Shown in pieces: positions 1 to 9,246 of a stretch of 64,000 nt of DNA (its first letter is position 1; every line of letters begins with the position of its first letter). The position numbers and the translations under genes are program-made. This stretch comes from an uncultured Verrucomicrobiae bacterium (GTDB taxonomy: Bacteria; Verrucomicrobiota; Verrucomicrobiia; Chthoniobacterales; UBA10450). The stretch spans positions 768,001 through 832,000 of the forward strand of contig CAVTMK010000004.1 of the NCBI GenBank assembly GCA_963735805.1, given 5' to 3'. The notes beneath the pieces are model-generated. The model made no database searches and was not told the origin of the DNA. It saw nothing but the letters and a program-made list of their open reading frames with translations.

Positions 1-2
1 GC

Positions 3-845
3 GAGAGCGGGCTGCCGACCCATAGCTTCAACTTCGGCATTGGCGGCATGTATTTACCGGAATCCTCTTACCTGCTTGAGCAGATTTTAAATCTGAAGCC
101 GCGCAATCTGAGATGGGTTTTCATCGAATACGATGAATTGCAAACGAAGTGGTCTCCCGAGAACCAGACAAGTCGTCGCGCGCTCTATTGGGCCGACTGG
201 AAACGCGTATCACCCCTTTTGCGAAAACTGACCGACGCCGGCGCTGATCCGCTTTGGCTGCCGAATCCCGGAAAACTTCGCGACATTGTTCTGCGTCAAA
301 AAGACGAGAAAAATACGCGCGGCCTGCTGACGTTTTATGTGACGCAGTTTGAAAGAAATTATACGAACGTCTCAAGAGCGGCTGACGTTCTAGACTATTT
401 TTGGCGCCGCGATACACGTGAACGTCGCACGAGCTACCTTGGTGCCTCCGGCGATGGGTACGTCACCAGACCGGGGGGAATGTCTCCCAGCCAGACGGCC
501 ACCTATGAGCGCGGGGTCGCGGCTGCGATGGCAGAAGCCGGTACACATCCTCCTTCATCTTATACGGTCGAGGCCTATCGGCAATGCGCGCAAGAAGTCA
601 GGAATATTGGAGCCACACCAATCTTTTTGATCACCCCGAGCATGACTCAGATTGACATGGCCACCAACAGTATCGGAGCGCCGGGTGTTGTGATGGCGTT
701 TAATGATCCCCGAACGTATCCAAACCTCTACCGCAGCGGCCTACGTCGCGACGGACAACATTTGACTAAATCAGGCGCAGAAGAATTCACGCGTGTCGTA
801 GCAGCGAATTTTGTGGAGCTTGCGCGAGCAGGCGAAATCAAGTGA
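3..845 (+). CDS. 5'-truncated SGNH-like/DltD-like periplasmic partner of an MBOAT acyltransferase
   Basis: Frame is open from the window edge (…SFNFGIGGM…). C-terminal D-x-x-H motif (DGQHLT). Directly upstream of an MBOAT gene. Confidence 0.55.
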   Translation, partial: ESGLPTHSFNFGIGGMYLPESSYLLEQILNLKPRNLRWVFIEYDELQTKWSPENQTSRRALYWADWKRVSPLLRKLTDAGADPLWLPNPGKLRDIVLRQKDEKNTRGLLTFYVTQFERNYTNVSRAADVLDYFWRRDTRERRTSYLGASGDGYVTRPGGMSPSQTATYERGVAAAMAEAGTHPPSSYTVEAYRQCAQEVRNIGATPIFLITPSMTQIDMATNSIGAPGVVMAFNDPRTYPNLYRSGLRRDGQHLTKSGAEEFTRVVAANFVELARAGEIK

Positions 846-892
846 TCAATCAATGACTGCCGGTTTAATTTCGCACCCCATTCTCTGTTCGA

Positions 893-2299
893 ATGTCTTT
901 CGTTGAATTTCGATTCCTCTGGTTTTTCCTGGCTGTCTTCATCGTCTACTGGACGATGCGAAACAACACAGCGCGAAAGGTGTGGCTTCTCCTGTGCAGC
1001 TATGTTTTTTACGCAGCCTGGAATTGGAAGTTCACATTCCTGGTCCTCGGATCTACGACGGTCGATTACATCGTCGGCCGAATGCTCGGACGCACTGAAA
1101 GTCCGGCATGGCGGCGCTTCTGGCTTGCCGGCAGTATCTGCGTCAATCTCGGGGTCCTGGGTTTTTTTAAATACTTTAACTTTTTTGTCTCTTCCGCGTC
1201 CGGGTTTTTAGCGTGGATTGGCCTACCCGCCAGCGTGAACACGCTCAACATCATTCTGCCCGTCGGCATCAGCTTCTACACGTTTCACTCGATGAGCTAC
1301 ACGATCGACGTGTACCGCGGCAAGCAGCGCCCCATTTCGAATTTTGTCGATCTTGCGTTGTTCGTCAGTTTTTTCCCGCCATTGGTAGCGGGCCCGATTG
1401 TCCGTGCCGTTTACTTTCTGCCGCAGCTCGTTTCGGCCAAGAAGTTTTCCAATATCGATGTGCGCGGCGCGGTAATGCTATTCCTGGCGGGATTCATCAA
1501 GAAGGCGTGCATTGCCGATGGAGTCGCGCCGACTGTCGACCGCTATTTCGCGCATCCGGCGGATTTCACACCAACGAGCGCCTGGATTGGCGTGCTGTTC
1601 TACGCCATCCAGATCTACTGCGATTTTTCCGGCTACACAGATATGGCCATCGCCGCTGCGCGGCTGCTGGGGTACCAATTGCCGAACAACTTCCAGTTTC
1701 CCTACTTTGCGCGGGACGTTTCTGATTTCTGGCGGCGCTGGCACATTAGTCTCTCAAGTTGGCTGCGTGATTATCTCTACATTCCGCTCGGCGGAAATCG
1801 CGGCTCGCGCGGGTTCGCTTATCGGAATGTCATGGTCACGATGTTGCTCGGCGGCCTGTGGCATGGAGCCGCGTGGACGTTCGTTATCTGGGGCGCGTTA
1901 CATGGAACCGCGCTCCTTATCCATCGGGAGTGGATCCGCCTTACCGAGGGTCTCAAGTGGGCCGCGCATGTTATGCGCTGGCTTGCCTGGCCGATTACCA
2001 TCTTCGCGATATGCGTTGCCTGGATTTTTTTCCGTGCGCATGACCTCAGCAGTGCGGGAACAATATTAAAGCAGTTCGCCTTGTTTCACGGCGTTGGTAA
2101 TCAACATTTTCACCGCTGGTTGCTCTTGCTGATTGTGGCACTTGCATTCATCCATTGGCTCAATTCTCGCAAATGGTTTGCAGAATGGTGGCGAAGATGG
2201 CCTGCCCCAGTCTTCGCCGCGGCTTATGGTTGCACTTTTGCGGTCGTCCTCTTATTTGTTCCGCCCCACTACACGCCCTTCATTTATTTTCAGTTCTGA
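893..2299 (+). CDS. MBOAT family O-acyltransferase (AlgI/DltB-like)
   Basis: Motifs LPVGISFYTF, FWRRWHISLSSWLRDYLYIPLGG, GLWHGA and C-terminal FIYFQF; multi-TM. Confidence 0.93.
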   Translation: MSFVEFRFLWFFLAVFIVYWTMRNNTARKVWLLLCSYVFYAAWNWKFTFLVLGSTTVDYIVGRMLGRTESPAWRRFWLAGSICVNLGVLGFFKYFNFFVSSASGFLAWIGLPASVNTLNIILPVGISFYTFHSMSYTIDVYRGKQRPISNFVDLALFVSFFPPLVAGPIVRAVYFLPQLVSAKKFSNIDVRGAVMLFLAGFIKKACIADGVAPTVDRYFAHPADFTPTSAWIGVLFYAIQIYCDFSGYTDMAIAAARLLGYQLPNNFQFPYFARDVSDFWRRWHISLSSWLRDYLYIPLGGNRGSRGFAYRNVMVTMLLGGLWHGAAWTFVIWGALHGTALLIHREWIRLTEGLKWAAHVMRWLAWPITIFAICVAWIFFRAHDLSSAGTILKQFALFHGVGNQHFHRWLLLLIVALAFIHWLNSRKWFAEWWRRWPAPVFAAAYGCTFAVVLLFVPPHYTPFIYFQF

Positions 2300-2323
2300 G
2301 TCTGCACATAGGAAGCAAATCAC

Positions 2324-3088
2324 ATGAGAAAGAAAATCGTCGCCGCTAATTGGAAAATGAACATGACTCAGGCGGAGTCGGCGCGGTTTGTCGAATCAAT
2401 GCTTCTTGATTTGGGTGACATTACCGATGTGGAAGTGGTTATCGTGCCGCCGTTCACTGCGATTGCAAAAGTGATGGAATCACTCGGCAAAGCGCAAAAT
2501 ATAAAGGTCGGTGCGCAAAATATGTATTGGGAGAAGAACGGCCCATTTACCGGCGAAATCAGCGCTGCGCTGCTGCGCGACTTGTTTGTGCATTATGTGG
2601 TCCTCGGACACAGCGAGCGCCGGGCTTTGTTTGGTGAGACGGACGAAATCGTGAATCGCAAAGTGCGCGCTGCGCTTGAGGCAACCCTGCGTCCAATTGT
2701 TTGTGTCGGGGAAACGCTCCAGCAGCGTGACAGAGGCAACGTTGAGAAGATATTATCGATCCAATTACGTGGCAGCCTCGCTGGCCTGAGTCCAAAGGAA
2801 TTGCAGGAAACAGTGATAGCCTATGAGCCGGTCTGGGCCATCGGCACGGGTCGCAATGCGACGCCGGCTCAGGCACAGGAAGCCCACGCGTTTATCCGCC
2901 ACACTTTGCACGAAATGTCCGATGATACGACGGCCGAGCGCGTTCGTATTCTGTATGGCGGGAGTGTTAAACCGGAAAATGCAGCCGAGCTAATGAACCA
3001 GCCCGATATAGACGGCGCTCTTGTCGGCGGCGCAAGCCTCGACCCGCGTAGCTTCGTTCAAATCGTCAAGGCTGTCCGCGAAAAGTAA
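2324..3088 (+). CDS. tpiA: Triosephosphate isomerase
   Basis: NWKMN, GHSERR, AYEPVWAIGTG, YGGSV and LVGGASL motifs. Confidence 0.98.
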   Translation: MRKKIVAANWKMNMTQAESARFVESMLLDLGDITDVEVVIVPPFTAIAKVMESLGKAQNIKVGAQNMYWEKNGPFTGEISAALLRDLFVHYVVLGHSERRALFGETDEIVNRKVRAALEATLRPIVCVGETLQQRDRGNVEKILSIQLRGSLAGLSPKELQETVIAYEPVWAIGTGRNATPAQAQEAHAFIRHTLHEMSDDTTAERVRILYGGSVKPENAAELMNQPDIDGALVGGASLDPRSFVQIVKAVREK

Positions 3089-3129
3089 CGCGCGACCGCC
3101 GGGCGCACCGCAAGAACTCGCGAAAACAG

Positions 3130-3270
3130 TGTAGCCGAGATCGTCGATCTCGGTTCGAGGTCAACCATGTGTTTGGTATTGTTATAGCCGGCTCGTCGCG
3201 TCGAGGCGTTTCAATTTTCGATCCTGGTTTCATGTTGCAGCCGTAGCCCGGGTCCCTGACCCCGGCTACA
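3130..3270. repeat. Cluster of GTAG-type REP-like palindromes
   Basis: gtagCCGAGATCgtcGATCTCGG (3131-3153), a tatagcc variant at ~3183 and gtagcccgggtccctgaccccggctaca (3243-3270), between convergent genes. Confidence 0.7.
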
Positions 3271-3290
3271 AACTGTCATCCATTTAAACC

Positions 3291-4292
3291 TTACGGGTTA
3301 TTGAGAACCACATTTGTTGCGGGCTTGTTCATGTGAACCTGAGCGCTTAACTTTTGAATTTGCGTGGCCCGCTCTTTAAGCTGCGCTGCAAGAGCTGCCA
3401 CGGTGGCTTCCAATTGCTCGACCTTCTTATGATCCTCGATAAGGTCCCTAAACGGCAGCTTCTGGGCCGTGCCGAAAGTACCGAGCTTGCCAGTGTCATC
3501 CACATGGACCGTACCGAGCTTGCCAGTGTCATCCACAACGACAAGAAAGGCGTCAGAATTAGGCGCTCCGTCGAGGATGCCACCAATATAGCAGTTTGAT
3601 TGTCCTCCTTGCGGCAGGTTGTCACCTATTCGGATCGTGTTGTTTTCACCAGCCAATCCGCGCACCTGAACGCCAATATCGATGTTGTTATCGCCTGTCA
3701 GATCGGCGCCGGCTCCAAAGCCTAGTGCAGTGTTGTTGTTCCCAGTAGTGCTAAAAAGTGCCCCGAGACCAATGCCTGTGTTCTGTGTGCCGGTAACGTT
3801 GTCAACAAGCGCATTAACGCCGAAGGCTGTGTTGCCGGTGCCTGTCGTGTTGAGGGCGAGTGCACTCCAACCAACGGCCGTGTTGAAGTCGGCCGTAGTA
3901 TTGCTGAAGAGCGCATTAGGGCCCATGGCGGTGTTGCCGGTGCCGGTGATGTTGCTAAAGAGCGCGAACGCTCCATTGGCCGTGTTGTCGGCACCAGTAA
4001 AATTGCTTAATAGCGCTCCGGCGCCGACAGCCGTGTTTTGATCCGCGGTGTTGAATAGCAGGGTGGCGCCGCCGACAGCTGTGCAGAATTTGCCGTTGGT
4101 GAGGCTTCGAAGCGAGTATATGCCAACTGCAGTGTTGTATATGCCGGCACTGGTGTTCAAGCTCGCAAGAGCATTTTGCCCCTCCGCCGTGTTAGCCCCG
4201 GGATAGCCTCCGTCGGGCGCTGGGCTGACAGCTTGCGCAATCGGCGAAAGCGCAAGGATGACCAGAACTGACAAGGTAATTTCGATTTTCAT
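3291..4292 (-). CDS. Secreted NTAxG-repeat fibre-like protein, paralogue 1 (no S74 domain)
   Basis: Signal peptide MKIEITL…AQA, then AVSPAPDGGYPG, ~10 17-aa repeats and a C-terminal coiled coil. ATG at 4292 chosen over the ORF-track start. Confidence 0.85.
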   Translation of the reverse strand: MKIEITLSVLVILALSPIAQAVSPAPDGGYPGANTAEGQNALASLNTSAGIYNTAVGIYSLRSLTNGKFCTAVGGATLLFNTADQNTAVGAGALLSNFTGADNTANGAFALFSNITGTGNTAMGPNALFSNTTADFNTAVGWSALALNTTGTGNTAFGVNALVDNVTGTQNTGIGLGALFSTTGNNNTALGFGAGADLTGDNNIDIGVQVRGLAGENNTIRIGDNLPQGGQSNCYIGGILDGAPNSDAFLVVVDDTGKLGTVHVDDTGKLGTFGTAQKLPFRDLIEDHKKVEQLEATVAALAAQLKERATQIQKLSAQVHMNKPATNVVLNNP

Positions 4293-4312
4293 TGTTGACT
4301 TCGGGTTGCAGC

Positions 4313-4340
4313 TGTAGCGGGGTCGGCGACCCCGGCCACA
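4313..4340. repeat. GTAG-type REP-like hairpin
   Basis: tgtagcGGGGTCggcGACCCCggccaca; homologous, with its flanks, to 3234-3282. Confidence 0.75.
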
Positions 4341-4360
4341 AACTGTCATCCACTCCTCCT

Positions 4361-5662
4361 CTACTGATTATTGAGAACGACCTTTGTCGCCGACTTGTTC
4401 ATTTGAACCTGGGCGCTGACTTTTTGAATTTGAGCGGCTTGTTCTTCAAGCTGTGCTGTGAGACCTGCCATTCCCTTCTCCAATTCCTGCACTCTCCGAT
4501 GTTCTTTCAGGAATTCGTTGAGCAACATGGCGTTCACCTGGTCGTAACGCACGCTGTATGGTTTTCCATCCTTGTCGCGCGCCACCAGGTTCGCATCCAC
4601 GTCGGCGACTTCCTCGGCGATCAAACCAAATCGGGGGCTGCAGTTCTTGTCGCTCTTGTAGTGGAAGGTCACCGGTTTAAGAGCCAGGATGGCTTCGCTG
4701 GTTTTGTCCATTGGTTCAATAGCGTCCTTGAAGCGTCGCGACGAGGGGAGGGTCCCCACCTTTCCATTAACATCGATGGCCATAGGGAGGTTATCGGGAT
4801 TAAGCGGTTCCTCAAAGACATGGCCGATATAGCAACCATCCGTGACGTTTACGCCCGTAATGCCGATACAAATGGTGTCACTAGCCGTGGTGACGTTCGA
4901 GCCGGCGTTGGCGCCCAAGGCGATGTTGTTGTTACCTCCGTTGATGTGTGCCCCAGCGCCATAGCCGACGGCAGTGTTGCTGCTACCGGCATGGGTTAGC
5001 TGAAGTGCGGAAACACCGACAGCCGTATTGGTGCCGCCTGTCGTGTTGCCCTGGAGCGCTTGAAAACCGTCGGCCGTGTTAAAGTTGCCGCTGGTGTTGC
5101 CCTCGAGCGCCTCTGAGCCGGAAGCGGTATTCTCGATACCGTCGCCGTTGAAATTGAGCGCAGCGTAGCCAACGCCCGTGTTGTCGCTGCCAGCGTTAGC
5201 AACAAGCGTCGCGTCACCGATCGCCGTGTTGAAGGTGCCAGTCGTGTTCGACAATAGTGCGTCCGAACCAACAGCTGTGTTGTAAGCGCCGTCGATATTG
5301 CTAAAAAGAGCGAAAGCTCCGTTGGCCGTGTTGTTGAAGCCGGTGGTGTTGCTTAACAGCGCCCCAGCGCCAGTGGCCGTATTTTCGACTCCCTTACCCG
5401 AACTTAGGTCCCCCACATTAGCAAGGAGCGCTCCTGCCCCAAGGGCCGTGTTGAACTGGCCGGTGGTTTCGCTCCTGAGCGAAAACCAACCAACTGCCGT
5501 ATTGTATGTGCCAGTGGTGAGACCGAGAAGTGCGTTCTGTCCCTCAGCGGTGTTGAATCCGGCATAGCCGCCATCCGGCGCTGGGACAACCGCTTGCGCA
5601 ATTGGGGAAAGCGCGAAGCCAGCCATCGCAAGCAACTTAAGAATGACATTTCGATTTTTCAT
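4361..5662 (-). CDS. Secreted NTAxG-repeat fibre-like protein, paralogue 2, with peptidase S74 (intramolecular chaperone) domain
   Basis: Signal peptide, ~13 17-aa repeats, then SSRRFK…LKPVTFHYK…FGLIAEEV…VRYDQVNAMLLNEF (S74-like) and a coiled coil. Confidence 0.88.
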   Translation of the reverse strand: MKNRNVILKLLAMAGFALSPIAQAVVPAPDGGYAGFNTAEGQNALLGLTTGTYNTAVGWFSLRSETTGQFNTALGAGALLANVGDLSSGKGVENTATGAGALLSNTTGFNNTANGAFALFSNIDGAYNTAVGSDALLSNTTGTFNTAIGDATLVANAGSDNTGVGYAALNFNGDGIENTASGSEALEGNTSGNFNTADGFQALQGNTTGGTNTAVGVSALQLTHAGSSNTAVGYGAGAHINGGNNNIALGANAGSNVTTASDTICIGITGVNVTDGCYIGHVFEEPLNPDNLPMAIDVNGKVGTLPSSRRFKDAIEPMDKTSEAILALKPVTFHYKSDKNCSPRFGLIAEEVADVDANLVARDKDGKPYSVRYDQVNAMLLNEFLKEHRRVQELEKGMAGLTAQLEEQAAQIQKVSAQVQMNKSATKVVLNNQ

Positions 5663-5724
5663 AAGTGTGATTTTCCTTTCAGTGTTTTTGGCCTTCTTTG
5701 AGTTCTTCTGGAGAAGTCATTTCT

Positions 5725-5774
5725 GGCCGTTCACTGATGTACTTCGTAAAAATTCCCGACGCGTTACGCGGAAA
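5725..5774 (-). promoter_or_regulatory. Conserved 50-bp upstream block, copy A (putative ECF promoter GTAAC-N16-CGAA)
   Basis: Minus strand tttccgcGTAACgcgtcgggaatttttaCGAAgtacatcagtgaacggcc; 4 copies in the array. Confidence 0.7.
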
Positions 5775-5790
5775 ATGCGGGAATCTTAGG

Positions 5791-5915
5791 AACCACGGAT
5801 TGCGCGGATGTCACGGACATGGATTTTTTAAACAGAAGAAAACGAAGGCAGCGAAAGTCGCCGGCGATCAGGTCAGATTGGAATGTATCTTTGTTTCCTT
5901 CGTTACCTTATGTAA
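5791..5915. repeat. Intergenic palindromic repeats (AACCACGGAT half-element plus an ACAGAAG…AACGAAGG/CCTTCGTT hairpin)
   Basis: aaccacggattgcgcggatg matches 10539-10557; arms 5831-5857 and 5889-5915 are imperfect inverted repeats. Confidence 0.6.
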
Positions 5916-5941
5916 GTCTGCGTTTCCTTCCGGTCCTCGGC

Positions 5942-7195
5942 TTAGGGATGGCTCACGACGACTTTCGGCGCCGGTCTGTCCATTTCAATCTGTGCGCTCA
6001 CTTTCTGGATTTGCCGTGCCTGCTCCTTAAGCTGTGCTGTCAGAGCCTGAACTCCGTGCTTCAGCTGCGTGGTGGTGACTTCTTGCTGCTGAATTTTGCG
6101 GTCTTGCTGCGCGATAGTGACCTCCTGTTTGGCTACTTTGGACTTTAATTGGCTAATGCTTCCCTGCTGTACCTCGACTTTGCGAAGCATGGCTTGGGGC
6201 TGGGCGCCCTGGGGACTAGGTACAATCGTCTTGTTTCCATCAGCATCGACGGGCACCGTGCCTAACTTTCCATCGGAATCGATGAACACGAACTGAATGG
6301 TGTTCGTATCAACCGTCGCACCGCTGATGTTGCCGATATAACAGCTGTCATCCAGCTCGCCAAAAACGCTGGATACACCAGCTACGCCGATTGCAATAAC
6401 GTTACTGGCGTGGACAATACCGGTGCCAGCGAAGGCACCCAGAGCCACGTCGCTACTGCCGTCGATGATACTATTACCGGCCTCTTTACCCAGAGCCACG
6501 TTTAGACTGCCGCCGTTCAGGGTAATTAGCGCATCATCACCCATAGCTGTGTTACGGCTGCCCGACACGCTGCTTTTGAGGACTTCATCGCCGAACGCCT
6601 CGTTTTCGAAGCCGTCCACATTGGCCCCGAGTGCATTGCGACCATGGGCGTTGTTGTAGTCGCCGCTCGTATTGGCATTGAGCGCGAAAGCACCAACGGC
6701 ATTATTATTGCTGCCGTTAAGGTTGTCTACAAGGGCAGCCGCTCCAACAGCTGTGTTTAAGAAGCCGGTGCTGTTATTTTCGAGTGCACTAGCTCCGTTC
6801 GCCGTGTTTTCTTCGCCTTCCGTATTGCCAAAGAGTGCGAACGCTCCATTGGCCGTGTTGGAGGCGCCGGTGGTGTTGTTCAAAAGTGCCGCTGTGCCAA
6901 TGGCGGTGTTTTGAGTTCCCTCACCTGTACTTTGGTCGCCCACGTTGAAAAGAAGCGTCCCCGCGCCGACACCGGTGTTGAAACTGCCGTCGGTGTTGCT
7001 CCAGAGCGAGAACCAACCGACTGCCGTATTCCCTACGCCGGTGGTGAGGTTAAGAAGGGCGCTTTGGCCTTCTGCCGTGTTGGACCCTGGATAGCCACCG
7101 TCCGGTGGTGGGACCACCGCTTGCGCAATCGGTGAAAGTGCAAGGAAGCCAAGTGCAAAGAGTATTGTTGTGAACGTGATGTTTCGATTCTTCAT
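5942..7195 (-). CDS. Secreted NTAxG-repeat fibre-like protein, paralogue 3 (no S74 domain, longer coiled coil)
   Basis: Signal peptide, AVVPPPDGGYPG, ~13 repeats, then a Q-rich coiled coil ending QIQKVSAQIE. Confidence 0.85.
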   Translation of the reverse strand: MKNRNITFTTILFALGFLALSPIAQAVVPPPDGGYPGSNTAEGQSALLNLTTGVGNTAVGWFSLWSNTDGSFNTGVGAGTLLFNVGDQSTGEGTQNTAIGTAALLNNTTGASNTANGAFALFGNTEGEENTANGASALENNSTGFLNTAVGAAALVDNLNGSNNNAVGAFALNANTSGDYNNAHGRNALGANVDGFENEAFGDEVLKSSVSGSRNTAMGDDALITLNGGSLNVALGKEAGNSIIDGSSDVALGAFAGTGIVHASNVIAIGVAGVSSVFGELDDSCYIGNISGATVDTNTIQFVFIDSDGKLGTVPVDADGNKTIVPSPQGAQPQAMLRKVEVQQGSISQLKSKVAKQEVTIAQQDRKIQQQEVTTTQLKHGVQALTAQLKEQARQIQKVSAQIEMDRPAPKVVVSHP

Positions 7196-7218
7196 TAGTT
7201 ATTTTTTGGGTTGTTTTT

Positions 7219-7268
7219 GGCCCTTCACTGCTGTACTTCGTAAAATTTCCCGACGCGTTACGCGAAAA
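7219..7268 (-). promoter_or_regulatory. Conserved 50-bp upstream block, copy B
   Basis: ggcccttcactgctgtacttcgtaaaatttcccgacgcgttacgcgaaaa on + strand; ends ~24 bp before the ATG. Confidence 0.7.
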
Positions 7269-7457
7269 GTTCTGTTTCTTACGGAAGGCAACGAAGGTTT
7301 TTCATTCGGACTGGGACGCACGTCGCTTTTGTTTCCATTGTCCACTTCTGTTATCGGTGTAGATGAGCGACGACTACTAGACGAGCCTGACGCGGTCAGC
7401 CACTGGCGACGAACCTTCGGCTCCGCCTCTGAATCTGTTTCCGTCCGAACCCCGCGC
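7269..7457. repeat. Duplicated ~190-bp intergenic spacer (paralogous to 9247-9435)
   Basis: Colinear similarity: gttctgttt…gaaggcaacgaagg…gatgagcgacga…tctgaatctgtttccgtccga. Confidence 0.8.
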
Positions 7458-9131
7458 TTATGGCCTGTTAGCCACGACTTTGGACGCCGACTTGCTTACA
7501 TCAACTTGCGCGCTCACCTTCTGAATTTGCGTGGCCTGCTCTTTAAGCTGCGCGGATAGGGCTTCAATTCCCTTTTGCTGCTGGGCGGCAGTTGACTCCA
7601 ACTCCGCAATTTTGGCCTGCTGTTGACTGATTTTGATTTGCTGTGCCTCGAGCTTCTTGTGGTCTTTCAGGAACTCGTTAAGCAACATTGCGTTCACCTG
7701 GTCGTAACGCACGCTGAACGGTTTCCCGTCCTTGTCACGCGCCACCAAGTTTGGATCCACTTCAGCGACTTCCTCGGCGATCAAACCAAATCGCGGACTG
7801 CAGTTCTTGTCGCTCTTGTAGTGGAAGGTCACTGGCTTGAGCGCCAGGATCGCTTCGCTGGTTTTGTCCATTGGTTTGATGTGTTCCTTAAAGCGTCGGG
7901 ACGAGGGCAGGGTACCGACCTTGCCATGGACATCAATGGCCATAGTGAGGTTGTCAGGATCAAGTGGTTCTTCGAAAACGTGGCCAATATAGCAACCGTC
8001 GGTCACGTCAACCCCATCAATACCGATACAAATAGTGTCACTGGCCGTAACTACATTGGAGCCAGCGTTCATGCCCAACGCGATATTGTTATTGCCGCTG
8101 GTGTTGTTGACGAGCGCGTTTGAGCCGATGGCAGTGTTATTGGATCCGCCTATGTTATGAATAAGAGCAAAGGTACCGGTGGCCGTGTTGTCGCCACCAG
8201 TGCTGTTGCTGACGAGCGCGCTATTCCCCGTGGCCGTGTTGCGGGTACCCGAACTGTTGTTTTCAAGGCTCGCCTGTCCGACGGCCGTGTTGCCTTCACC
8301 GGTGGTATTGCCAAAAAGGCTCCCCTCCCCGACAGCCGTGTTGTCGCCGCCGGTGGTGTTGTGAGACAGCGCAGCAGATCCGGTGGCCGTGTTGCCGCCG
8401 CCCGAAGTGTTTTCTCCAAGGCTCCCCTCTCCGACAGCCGTGTTTTCGCCACCGGTGGTGTTGTCTATGAGCGCAGCCTCTCCGACAGCCGTGTTTTCGC
8501 CGCCGGTGGTGTTGTGTTCGAGCGCAGCCTCTCCGACAGCCGTGTTTTCGATGCCGGTGGTGTTGAGTAAGAGGCTCGCCTCTCCGACCGCCGTGTTTTC
8601 GATGCCGGTGGTGTTGCTGAAGAGCGCAAGGGTGCCGGTGGCCGTGTTGTTTACGCCGGTGGTGTTGCTGGAGAGCGCGTTAGTCCCGGTGGCCGTGTTG
8701 GCACCGCCGGTAGTGTTGTTAAAAAGCGCAAAGGCTCCGTCGGCTGTGTTGTCGCCGCCCGAAGTGTTGTTAAAGAGGGCAAAGGCTCCGTCGGCTGTGT
8801 TGCTGGGCCCGGAGTTGTTGCTTAGGAGCGCACCCGCGCCAGTAGCCGTATTGGCGATTCCATCACCCGAACTTGGGTTCCCCACATTGGCAAGGAGCGC
8901 TCCCGCGCCAAGAGCCGTGTTGAACTGGCCAGTGGTTTCGCTCCTGAGGGAAAACCAACCAACTGCTGTATTGTAAGTGCCGGTGGTGAGGCTCAAAAGA
9001 GCGTTTTGCCCTTCTGCCGTGTTGCCTCCCGGATAGCCGCCATCCGGCGCTGGGACAACCGCTTGCGCAATTGGGGAAAGCGCGAAGCCCCCCATCGCAA
9101 GCAGATTAAGAATGACATTTCGATTTTTCAT
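7458..9131 (-). CDS. Secreted NTAxG-repeat fibre-like protein, paralogue 4, with peptidase S74 domain (expanded repeats)
   Basis: Signal peptide, ~19 17-aa repeats, SSRRFK S74-like domain nearly identical to paralogue 2, and a coiled coil. Confidence 0.88.
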   Translation of the reverse strand: MKNRNVILNLLAMGGFALSPIAQAVVPAPDGGYPGGNTAEGQNALLSLTTGTYNTAVGWFSLRSETTGQFNTALGAGALLANVGNPSSGDGIANTATGAGALLSNNSGPSNTADGAFALFNNTSGGDNTADGAFALFNNTTGGANTATGTNALSSNTTGVNNTATGTLALFSNTTGIENTAVGEASLLLNTTGIENTAVGEAALEHNTTGGENTAVGEAALIDNTTGGENTAVGEGSLGENTSGGGNTATGSAALSHNTTGGDNTAVGEGSLFGNTTGEGNTAVGQASLENNSSGTRNTATGNSALVSNSTGGDNTATGTFALIHNIGGSNNTAIGSNALVNNTSGNNNIALGMNAGSNVVTASDTICIGIDGVDVTDGCYIGHVFEEPLDPDNLTMAIDVHGKVGTLPSSRRFKEHIKPMDKTSEAILALKPVTFHYKSDKNCSPRFGLIAEEVAEVDPNLVARDKDGKPFSVRYDQVNAMLLNEFLKDHKKLEAQQIKISQQQAKIAELESTAAQQQKGIEALSAQLKEQATQIQKVSAQVDVSKSASKVVANRP

Positions 9132-9196
9132 GAGTGTAATGTTCCTTACGGTGTTTTTGGCCTTCTTTGACTTTTCGTTATCAAGAAGTCATGCTT

Positions 9197-9246
9197 GGCC
9201 GTTCACTGATGTACTTCGTAAAATTTCCCGACGCGTTATGTGGAAA
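9197..9246 (-). promoter_or_regulatory. Conserved 50-bp upstream block, copy C (ATAAC variant)
   Basis: ggccgttcactgatgtacttcgtaaaatttcccgacgcgttatgtggaaa on + strand. Confidence 0.65.

Noticed and set aside
8090..8850. CRISPR-like periodic repeats
   Set aside because: The period is 51 bp, in frame within a protein, with no unique spacers and no cas genes.
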